Origin: Macrostomum lignano
Taxonomy: Eukaryota
NCBI GenBank assembly: GCA_002269645.1
Contig: NIVC01000184.1
Coordinates: 620,001-684,000 of the forward strand
Direction of reading: 5' to 3'
DNA: 64,000 nucleotides
In this document: in pieces, positions 38,024 through 49,300 of the stretch
Position numbering within the stretch: the first letter of the stretch is position 1
How the letters are laid out: each line of letters opens with the position of its first letter
Made by a program: the position numbers and the translations under genes
The notes under the pieces: model-generated
Told to the model about the DNA's origin: nothing
The model's database searches: none
The model's input: the letters and a program-made list of their open reading frames with translations, nothing else

Positions 38024-41000
38024 CTAGTCCCATCTAGATCGCTTCCTGCGCTCATTGCTTGATGAAGGTGCCGATTGCGGGGGCGGAGGCGGCATTTGCG
38101 GAGGTCTCTGCTGCTGCTGGCTAGGCAAGGTCGATGTGCCACTGCCCGAGTCGGGCCCAGCCGAGACAAACATTTTCTTATACTGCGACATGAACGCCTG
38201 TTTAGTGGCGGAGACCCGGTCAGTCTGAGGCCCGCTGGATGATGGCCGGGTGAAGCTGAGCTGCTGCTCCTGGCCGCTGCCACCGCCGCTGCCACCACCA
38301 CCGCCGCCGCCGCCAAGACCCAGGCCTGGCCGCTCTCGGGTCCGACCCGAAGCCGACACCCGCTTGCCCTGGCCGCCAGATTTGAATCGGGAGTTTTTAA
38401 ACCAGGCGCACTCGTTGGCCAAAGCCAGGAGGCGGGGTGGAGCCTGCGGCCAAGTTTGCAGAGAGGAGGCCAGATTAGTGAGTGCATTTTACACATGCAA
38501 AGCTAGTTGAACAGCCGTATAAACACACAATCCCTAAAATCCCGTAAACACAGAATCCCTAAAATCAGCATAAACACAATCCCTAAAATCCCATAAACAC
38601 ACAATCCCTAAAATCCCATAAACACAGAATCCCTAAAATCAGCATAAACACAATCCCTAAAATCCCATAAACACAAAATCCCTAAAATCACTGTAAACAC
38701 ACAATCCCTAAAATCCCATAAACACACAATCCCTAAAATCCCATAAACACACAATACCTAAAATACCATAAACACACAATCCCTAAAATCCCATAAACAC
38801 ACAATACCTAAAATACCATAAACACACAATCCCTAAAATACCATAAACACACAATCCCTAAAATACCATAAACACACAATCCCCTAAATTCCCACAAACA
38901 CACAATCCCCCAAATCCCCATAAACACACAATCCCTAAAATCCCATAAACACACAATCCCTAAAATACTATAAAAACAGTCCCCTAAATCCCCACAAACA
39001 CACAATCCCCCAAATCCCCATAAACACACAATCCCTAAAATCCCATAAACACACAATCCCTAAAATACTATAAAAACAGTCCCCTAAATCCCCACAAACA
39101 CACAATCCCCCAAATCTCCATAAACACAAAAAATTAATCTAACCTCCTGTCCAACGCCCTCGAGATTCCGCACCAGATGACCGGCAAAGTCCTTCTCTTT
39201 GTCCAGCAGCAGGGTGTAAGCCATGCCCTTGTGGCCGGCCCGGCCGGTCCTGCCCACCCGATGCGTGTGGGTGTCGATATCCCTAGCGGATTCGTAGTTA
39301 ATCACGGTTCGAATTGCCGGAATATCCAGGCCACGGCTAGCAACATCCGTAGCAACCAGCACCTGGAATTCGCCTCGCTTATAAGCCGCAATGGTGTCGT
39401 TTCGCTCGCTCTGATGCATGTCGCCGTGCAGCAGTCGACAGGAAAATCCCGCGCCAGAGATTCGCTTAGCAACGTCTTCGCTGTTGGCTTTGCGAGTGAC
39501 GAACACCAGAGTCTGGCCTTGGCTGCAGAACCCGGCCTGGGGGGCAGGAGTGGGCCAGTGAGACAGATGGGTGTCAGAATTGGGAGATGGGTGTCAGATT
39601 GGGAGATAGGTGTCAGGATTGGAAGATGGGTGTCAGGATTGGAAGATGGGTGTCAGGATTAGATGGGTGTCAGGATTAGATGGGTGTCAGGATTGGAAGA
39701 TGGGTGTCAGGATTGGAAGATGGGTGTCAGGATTAGATGGGTGTCAGGATTAGATGGGTGTCAGGATTAGATGGGTGTCAGGATTGGAAGATGGGTGTCA
39801 GGATTGGAAGATGGGTGTCAGGATTAGATGGGTGTCAGGATTAGATGGGTGTCAGGATTAGATGGGTGTCAGGATTAGATGGGTGTCAGGATTGGGAGAT
39901 GGGTGTCAGATTGGGAGATGGGTGTCAGGATTAGATGGGTGTCAGGATTAGATGGGTGTCAGGATTAGATGGGTGTCAGGATTAGATGGGTGTCAGGATT
40001 GGAAGATGGGTGTCAGGATTGGAAGATGGGTGTCAGGATTAGATGGGTGTCAGGATTAGATGGGTGTCAGGATTAGATGGGTGTCAGGATTGGAAGATGG
40101 GTGTCAGGATTAGATGGGTGTCAGGATTGAAAGATGGGTGTCAGGATTGGATGGGTGTCAGGATTGAAAGATGGGTGTCAGGATTGGAAGATGGGTGTCA
40201 GGATTGGAAGATTGGTGTCAGGATTGGAAGATTGGTGTCAGGATTAGATGGGTGTCAGGATTGGGAGATGGGTGTCAGGATTAGATGGGTGTCAGGATTG
40301 GGAGATGGGTGTCAGGATTGGGAGATGTGTGAGGATAGATGGACCAGAAAACTAATGTTGATATAGGAGTCAAACAGAAATCCGCCAGAAATGAATGGGT
40401 GTCAGCTAGGAAGAGGAAGTGACTAAATATGGCACGTGCAAAGTTCACAATTTTTACCAGGTGCCGCTGCATCCAGATCCATTTGTCTTCTGGCTGGCGA
40501 AATATTTCAACAAATTGACGAACATCCTGATTGGCTTCGCCTAGTTCGCCCTGACAGATTCGAATTGGATCAGTGAGAATGTCGCGAACTAGTCGCTCAA
40601 CTCGGCGTTTAAAAGTAGCCGAGAATAATAGAGTCTGCCGGTCCGGGCGCACGTGATTGGCTATGCTGCGCACCTGCCACGATGTACAAAATGGGAACGC
40701 AAAGTTTATTATCGATACATATCGGAAAATTCCCCAAGTTATTTATCGATACATATCGGCGAATTCACCAAATTTATTATCGATACATATCAGCGAATTC
40801 ACCAAGTTTATTATCGATACATATCAGCGAATTCACCAAGTTATTTATCGATACATATCGGCGAATTCACTAAGTTATTTATCGATACATATCGGCGAAT
40901 TCACCAAATTTATTATCGATACATATCAGCGAATTCACCAAGTTTATTATCGATACATATCGGCGAATTCACCAAGTTATTTATCGATACATATCGGCGA

Positions 41001-44000
41001 ATTCACCAAGTTATTTATCGATACATATCGGCGAATTCACCAAGTTATTTATCGATACATATCGGCGAATTCACCAAGTTATTTATCGATACATATCGGC
41101 GAATTCACCAAATTTATTATCGATACATATCGGCGAATTCACCAAGTTATTTATCGATACATATCAGCGAATTCACCAAATTTATTATCGATACATATCG
41201 GCGAATTCACCAAGTTATTTATCGATACATATCAGCGAATTCACAAAATTTATTATCGATACATATCGGCGAATTCACCAAGTTATTTATCGATACATAT
41301 CGGCGAATTCACCAAGTTATTTATCGATACATATCAGCGAATTCACAAAATTTATTATCGATACATATCGGCGAATTCACCAAGTTATTTATCGATACAT
41401 ATCAGCGAATTCACAAAATTTATTATCGATACATATCGGCGAATTCACCAAGTTCATTATCGATAAATATCGGCGAATTCACCAAATTTATTATCGATAC
41501 ATATCGGCGAATTCACCAAGTTCATTATCGATACATATCGGCTAATTGACTAAGTTCATTATCGATAGATATCGGCAAATTCACAGAGTTGATTATCGAT
41601 ACATATCGGCAATTTGATAGGGTTTGTATTCGATACCTATTGGCAATTTGAAAGAGTTTGTTTTCGATACATATCGGCACAAATTTTAATTTCTCAACAG
41701 CCACTCACCTGCGCCTCGAATCCTAGCTGAAACATTTTGTCAGCCTCGTCGAACACCAGATAAGTGACCCGACGCAAATTAGTAGCCTTCTTTTTCACTA
41801 AATCAATAAGCCGGCCGGGCGTGCAGACGAGAATCTCGCAGCCGGCCTCGCAGGCTTTCTGCTGTTCCCACATGCTGCCGCCGCCGTAGGCGCACACGAC
41901 AGTAACGCCGTAGGGTTTGCCGAATTTTCGAGCTTCGGCATAGATTTGCAGAGCCAACTCGCGAGTTGGAGCGCAGATCAGGCCGATTGGGCCGTCGCCG
42001 GGTGCCAAAGGCGACTGGTCCAGCACGTGCATGACGAGCGGCCAGACAAACGTGACGGTCTTGCCGCTGCCGGTCTTGGCGATGCCGATCACGTCTCGGC
42101 CGGACAGGGCGGCCGGACAGGCCTTGAGGGGAGCGGGGCGACAGTAAAAGACATGAAATTTGTGTCTGCCTGTCTATCCTAGTGTCTGGAGTGTGTCTGC
42201 CTGTCTATCCTAGAGTCTGGAGTGTGTCTGCCTGTCTATCCTAGTGTCTGGAGTGTGTCTGCCTGTCTATCCTAGTGTCTGGAGTGTGTCTGCCTGTCTA
42301 TCCTAGTGTCTGAAGTGTGTCTGCCTGTCTGCTTGTCTATCCTAGTGTCTGGAGTGTGTCTGCTTGTCTATCCTAGTGTCTGGAGTGTGTCTGCCTGTCT
42401 ATCCTAGTGTCTGGAGTGTGTGTCTGCCTGTCTATCCTAGTGTCTGGAGTGTGTGTCTGCCTGTCTATCCTAGTGTCTGGAGTGTGCCTGCCTGTCTGGT
42501 TAGTTTGTGCCTTTCATCTTTGTGCGATGGTCTCAGCTTTACATCAGCTTCACCTAAAAACATACGGTACAGCGACAGCAATAGCAGTGGAAATTCGAAC
42601 CTGAGCTTGAATGGGAGTTGGCTGGGTAAAGCCAGCTCTCGAAATTGAGTCCATCAGCTGATCGTCCAGTCCCAGATGAGCAAACGAGCAGATAGGATAG
42701 GGCGCCTCAACACCCTGCACCCGGATGCCCAGCTTCCGCCGGAGCTCCATCGCTTGCTCTGGCTTCATCGCGGCCACCTCCGGATGCGGCGTGTAGAAGT
42801 TGCGCTCAAACGGAGCGTACTGCACCTGCAGTTTGCAGTTGGAGTCTCGGCCGTGAGTTAGGAGCACACGACATGAACCCCACGGGATAGGACATGACCC
42901 TCATGGGATAGGAGCACATGACCCCCATGGGATAGGAGGACATGACCCCCATGGGATAGGAGGACATGACCCCCATGGGATAGGAGGACATGAACCCCCA
43001 CGGGATAGGAGCGCATGACCCTTATAGGATAGGAGCACATGACCCCCACGGGATAGGAGGACATGACCCCCATGGGATAGGAGGACATGACCCCCGTGGG
43101 ATAGGAGGACATGACCCCCATGGGATAGGAGGACATGAACCCTATGGGATAGGAGCGCATGACCCTTATAGGATAGGAGCGCATGACCCTTATAGGATAG
43201 GAGCGCATGACCCTTATAGGATAGGAGCACATGACCCTCATGGGATAGGAGCACATACCCCCATGGGATAGGAGTACATGACCCCTATAGGATAGAAGCA
43301 CGACCCCCACGGGATAGGAGCGCATGACCCTTATAGGATAGGAGCACAAGACCCCCACGGGATAGGAGGACATGACCCCCATGGGATAGGAGGACATGAC
43401 CCCCATGGGATAGGAGGACATGACCCCCATGGGATAGGAGGACATGAACCCTATGGGATAGGAGCGCATGACCCTTATAGGATAGGAGCGCATGACCCTT
43501 ATAGGATAGGAGCGCATGACCCTTATAGGATAGGAGCACATGACCCTCATGGGATAGGAGCACATGACCCCCATGGGATAGGAGTACATGACCCCTATAG
43601 GATAGAAGCACGACCCCCACGGGATAGGAGCACATGACCCCTATAGGATAGGAGCACATGACCCCACGGGATAGGAGCACATGACCCCTATAGGAGCACA
43701 TAACCCCCCATGGGATAGGAGCACATAACCCCCCATGGGATAGGAGCACATAACCCCCCATGGGATAGGAGTACATGACCCCTATAGAAGCACATAAACC
43801 CAATTGGATTGGAGCACATGACCCCCATGGGATAGGAGCACATGACCCCCATGGGATAGGAGCACATAACCCCCCATGGGATAGGAGCACATGACCCCTA
43901 TAGAAGCACATAAACCCAATTGGATTGGAGCACATGACCCCCATGGGATAGGAGCACATGACCCATGGGATAGGAGCACATGACCCCCATGGGATAGGAG

Positions 44001-44774
44001 CACAGGACCCCTAAGGCTTGGTCCCCTATGAGCGTTTTAAATCGCAAAGAAAACGCTAAATTTTGACAGTGCTCGCACCTGACTGTGATCAACAGGTGGC
44101 AGCGGATCAATTTCCTTGTGCCCGGCTCGCTCCACAATATTGCCCTCATTGTCGTATTCGTAGATTTCCTCGTCGTCTCCTTGTACCCCGACGTTAGGAT
44201 TTTCTTGCATAAATTTTAAATAAGCTTCCATCTCGTCTTCTCGTTCGAGATCTTCGCGCAAGCCTTTCTGTTGTTGTTGTTGCTGTTGCAGCTGCTGTTG
44301 CTGGCTCTGCTGCTTTTGCTGCAAGCTTGGTGCAATTCGATCGAGATCTCGCTTAGCCTCGGCTGTAACTCCCGCCATGAAAGCTTCTAGAGGATCCTCT
44401 TCGTCATCATTGTCGTGTGCTCGTCCAGCATCGCCATTTCCTTCCATTTCATTGTCATCCTCGTCTCCATAGAAATAATCGTCTTCGTCTTGAACTCGTT
44501 TCCTGCCAATGCCCGCGTAGGGTGCCGAGGCGGCAGACGGACCCGAGGAAGCGGCCGCTGGCGGAGCAACGCCCGGTGTTTTACGATAGTCAACAACCGC
44601 AACAGGCGCCGTAGTAGCGTTCCTGCTGGAGTTGCCATAGCGACTGTAATAGCTCTCGCCGTAGGCTGTGTCAGGCTCTTCGGCCAGTGGATTATTATAG
44701 GCTGAAAATTTCTTTCTTGGGGGCGGATCAAAGGAACCGCCGGAGCTGCCGCCGCCGGAACGAAACGGTTGCAT
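38024..44774 (-). CDS. DDX42: ATP-dependent DEAD-box RNA helicase DDX42 (SF3b125), 787 aa
   Basis: Six exons with GT-AG phase-0 junctions: 44774-44079, 42825-42601, 42122-41709, 40673-40458, 39536-39144 and 38443-38024. Motifs: PTPIQAQ, AKTGSGKT, PTRELA, TPGRL, DEAD, SAT, LHGD, ATDVASRGLD, HRVGRTGRAG. DDX42-typical EEDPLEAFMA and YEYDNEGN N-terminus, and RKRSRWD C-terminus. Confidence 0.95.
38515..39125 (+). repeat. About 24-bp minisatellite ACACACAATCCCTAAAATCCCATAA (DDX42 intron 5)
   Basis: Directly visible; most units contain CCCTAA. Confidence 0.97.
39565..40335 (+). repeat. 17/21-bp minisatellite GATGGGTGTCAGGATT(GGA)A (DDX42 intron 4)
   Basis: Directly visible. Confidence 0.97.
40705..41680 (+). 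repeat. About 33-bp minisatellite TATCGATACATATCGGCGAATTCACCAAGTTATT (DDX42 intron 3)
   Basis: Directly visible; degenerates toward 41680. Confidence 0.97.
42165..42490 (+). repeat. About 27-bp minisatellite GTGTCTGCCTGTCTATCCTAGTGTCTGGA (DDX42 intron 2)
   Basis: Directly visible. Confidence 0.95.
42868..44010 (+). repeat. About 24-bp minisatellite ATGGGATAGGAGCACATGACCCCC (DDX42 intron 1)
   Basis: Directly visible; source of the SYPMGVM ORFs. Confidence 0.97.
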
Positions 44775-44919
44775 TAATTGCGCTTGGGTGACTTTGACTA
44801 ATTAAGGAGAGAGATAGAAACTCGATTTGTTAGGCGATACAGCAGGAAAGCAGGGTTTTGGTTGAAAAATGGATATTGGCATCACGCTTTCACATCTGAT
44901 AAGTGAGGTTAGCCAGGAG

Positions 44920-45170
44920 ATAAATGTACATAGGCTATTTATAGCTTGGCCCCTCTCCGATTCTACGCTTCAATCAATGTACGTAGACTAGGCAAGGGAA
45001 CAGTGTACATTGGCTATTTATAGATTGACCCTCTTTCCCGATTCTACGTCCTAATCAATGTACATAGACTAGGCAGGGGAACAATCCACATTGGCTATTT
45101 ATAGCTAGACCCTCTCCCGATTCTACGCATTGATCAATATACATAGGCTAGCCAATAAACCAATGTACTT
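44920..45170 (-). promoter_or_regulatory. Three diverged copies of an 80-bp unit, each with TATAAATA, upstream of DDX42
   Basis: TATTTATA on the plus strand at 44936, 45015 and 45096 (periods 79 and 81). Promoter role is inferred from position only. Confidence 0.4.
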
Positions 45171-46089
45171 AGCTAACCTATCAACAGCTTAATCGTCTTT
45201 CTTAAAGCGTCACAAAATATAATGTACATAGTCCAGCCATAACGCCCAGTTTACGTGGGCTAATCTTGATTCTGTCAAGTTTAGTGGAGAAGAAAAAAGT
45301 CAAAAACACCTGCCGATGGATAATAAATAAGTAGGTAACATCAATAGCGCGATATACCTGATTATTTAATTTACATTGATTTATTAAAACAGTATTTTTA
45401 CCTGTTTAGTAACAAACAATAAGCACACCTCAGGACAAGTAATCTATAAGGATTAATGATTAAGAGGAAGATTAACAAATTATGAAAGGAAAGACGGAAA
45501 ACAATAGGCGACAGAGCAATTACTAGTAGAAATTCTGGCTTACTTGCTTCCTCTATTTGAGGCACTAAAATACTGGATAATTGTTAAATTGGTAATTAAA
45601 TGTTACTGACACTTTTCGAAAGACGAAAAGAAAGACCAATTTTAAAACTAAAGAGCTATCTATAAGGGAACGAGAGGGATTCGAATCTGGGAACAATGAG
45701 AATCAGCTTCATTGTCAGAAGATATTAATGACAAGGCAGTTACACGTATCAAATAGAGTACAAGTACTATTATTAATTTACTTTAATTTCTTATTCGAAT
45801 TTCGAACGTCTACTAGTTTATTAGTGCTTTAAGTGCGCGCTCAACTTCAAGGCACACTTATAGTCAATGGGAGGAAATACCGAGCAAAAAACACAAAAAC
45901 CGCTCTAGACTAGAAAGTGGCGAATTCCATCAAGTGCAGATTGTTGATACTTTCAAGTTTCACCCGAGGTCTGTGGGTATAGGTAGAGGGTAGCTGAGAG
46001 TAAAGGCTGGGGATGAGGCTATTATATATTAGAGGTAGGGGCGTTAAGCATGGGGTTGGCCCTCAAGGCTGTTAATTGAACGAGCAGAG

Positions 46090-46205
46090 TCAAGCCGAGA
46101 TTCCAATTCAGCCCCAAATTAATTCGACTGCACTTGGAATCGAGCCTGGGCCGCTGGCACGTGAGAGCACAGCACTGGAACACTTCGGCTACGGCTCCCG
46201 GAGGT
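46090..46205 (-). mobile_element. tRNA-derived SINE head
   Basis: A-box-like GTAGCCGAAGTG and B-box-like GGCTCGATTCC; no complete cloverleaf. Confidence 0.55.
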
Positions 46206-46349
46206 GAGGCTAGTGGAGAGCAAATTAATAAAAATTTAGCAAATTTGCGTGCAAACTACTGTTAGTTGAGTAGTAGTAGTCTATCTTGGAAGCATTTTAA
46301 CCTCTTATTTCACAATTTAAATTCAAAATATTAACGCACGCGTTTAAGT

Positions 46350-49300
46350 CTAAAACTCGGAATCCAGCGCCATATCGGTGAATACATCGAATGCGTCGCG
46401 GGTGGCGCAGCTCTGCGTAAAACTATAACGCTGATAGGCCCCGTCAAGCGTCAGGGCTACAATGCACTGCGGCCCTACAAAAGCCACGCAGGAGCGAGTA
46501 TCCGGCGGCAGGCTGAAGGTCACATCCGCCCTGGCACCGTCAACTAAATCAGAGAGAAACTTGCCGCCAGAACCAGACGACGGCAGCGAGGCTGCAACTG
46601 ATGACGAATGATGATTGACTGGCGAAGCGGCGGCTGACGACTGCGGCGAGGAGGTCGACGAGGCCGACGACAACGAGGAGGAAGCGACGTGCTGATCGGC
46701 ATCCTGATCGAAGCTACTGGTCGAAGCGCCGCTACCAACCGACCAGACGTGCACGGTGCCTTTGTCCGAGGCGGCGCACACCCAGTCGCTGGCCGGACTC
46801 CAGGCTAGACTGTACAGCAGAGCCGGGTCGGCGCCTCGGCGCAACTGACGGAGCAGTCGGCGATTCGCTGTGCCAAATAGGCGGACGAGAGTGCCGCGAG
46901 ACCCGGCGGTGGCCAGCAGCTCCCCGTCTGGGCTGAGCTGCAGCGCCGCTAGGGGAGCCTGGTGAGCCTGTAGGTTGGTGGCGTTTGAGGCTGCTTAGTT
47001 TTTTTTAAATCCCTCAGTTGCAATCATAAATCACTAGGTTGCAATCATAGATCCCTAAGCTTTCCAATCCTTAATCTTCCAATCCCTAATCTCCCCAATA
47101 CCCAATTTTTCCAATCCCCAATCTTCCCAATCCCTAATATCCGAATCCCTAATCTATTAACCCCTAATCTCTCAATCCCTAAGCTTCTTAATCCCTAGGC
47201 TTCGCAGTCCCTAATCTTCCCAATCCCCAAGCTTTGTTTACCAACTGTCAAACCCAACCATTCGCCTAATTAGCACTAGTTTCCAAGACCGACTCACGTG
47301 AATGAGCACCGGAGCAGAGTTCAGTCTATCTAACCGAACCAGTTGAGCATAGCCAGGCTGACCTCTCGCTGCGAAGGCTAACAACTTGCCGGACAGGCTG
47401 GCCAAGCCTCGGGCAGACCCGGCCGCCGGCCAGCAGTCCAGGCGGGCCACTCGACGCTCCGGTTGGCCAGGAAAATCGAATATCTGCACTGAGCTTTGCA
47501 GCAGCACAACTAGGCTGCATATGGGAGAGAATGGGAAGATTATCCCTTCCATATGGACATTCTCAATCTTATAATGGGATGGGGAATATTATGATATCAT
47601 AACGTTGAGATGGGATCATTTAATTGATTGTTGTAAATAATGTGATGGAATCAGTGAATTGATTATTGGGAATGACCTGACGAGATGGGATCAGTGAATT
47701 GATTATTGGGAATGCTGAGATGGGATCAGTGAATTGATTATTGGCAATGCTGAGATGGGATCAGTGAATTGATTATTGAGATTGCTGAGATGGGATCAGT
47801 GAATAACTATTGAGAATGCTGAGATGGGATCAGTGAATGATTATTGGGAATGCTGAGATGGGATCAGTGAATAACTATTGAGAATGCTGAGATGGGATCA
47901 GTGAATGATTATTGGGAATGCTGAGATGGGATCAGTGAATGATTATTGGAGATAATGAGATGGGATCAGTGAATGATTATTGGAAATAATGAGATGGCAT
48001 CAGTGAATGATTATTGGAAATAATGAGATGGCATCAGTGAATGATTATTGGAAATAATGAGATGGCATCAGTGAATGATTTTGGGAATTCTGAGATGGGA
48101 TCAGTGAATGATTTTGGGAATTCTGAGATGGGATCAGTGAATTGATTACTGGGAATGCTGAGATGGGATCAGTGAATGATTATTGGAGATAATGAGATGG
48201 GATCAGTGAATTGATTATTGGGAATGCTGAGATGGGATCAGTGAATTGATTATTGGCAATGCTGAGATGGGATCAGTGAATTGATTATTGAGATTGCTGA
48301 GATGGGATCAGTGAATAACTATTGAGAATGCTGAGATGGGATCAGTGAATGATTATTGGAGATAATGAGATGGGATCAGTGAATGATTATTGGAAATAAT
48401 GAGATGGCATCAGTGAATGATTATTGGGAATGCTGAGATGGGATCAGTGAATGATTATTGGAAATAATGAGATGGCATCAGTGAATGATTATTGGGAATG
48501 CTGAGATGGCATCAGTGAATGATTATTGGGAACGCTGAGATGGGATCAGTGAATGATTATTGGAAATAATGAGATGGGATCAGTGAATAATTATTGGGAA
48601 TTCTGAGATGGGATCAGTGAATTGATTATTAAGAATGCTGAGATGGGATCAGTGAATGATTACTGGGAATGCTGAGATGGGATCAGTGAATGATTATTGG
48701 GAATAATGAGATGGGATCAGTGAATAATTATTGGGAATGCTGAGATGGGATCAGTGAATTGATTATTAAGAATGCTGAGATGGGATCAGTGAATGATTAT
48801 TGGGAATGCTGAGATGGGATCAGTGAATTGATTATTAAGAATGCTGAGATGGGATCAGTGAATGATTATTGGGAATGCTGAGATGGGATCAGTGAATAAT
48901 TATTGGAAATGCTGAGATGGGACCAGTGAATGATTATTGGAGATAATGAGATGGGATCAGTGAATAATTATTGGAAATAATGAGATGGGATCAGTGAATG
49001 AGTATTGGAAATAATGAGATGGGATCAGTGAATGAGTATTGGAAATAATGAGATGGGATCAGTGAATGATAATTGGGAATGTTGAGATGGGATCAGTGAA
49101 TTGATTGTGGGGAATAATGAGATGGGATCAGTGAATGATTATTGGGAATGTTAAGATGGGATCAGTGAATGATTTTTTAGCAAACTAAAGCTTACCCGCT
49201 CTTTCTTAGAAGAACTCCAAGCACGGGCGAATTGAAGGCGTACTCCATAACAAAATCTTTCTTTGCTTCGTCCCAGATAATTACTAAAATGTTGCACAAA

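Noticed and set aside
40653-41549. 298-aa and 269-aa ORFs with IDTYRRIH repeats
   Set aside because: Antisense readings of the DDX42 intron 3 minisatellite.
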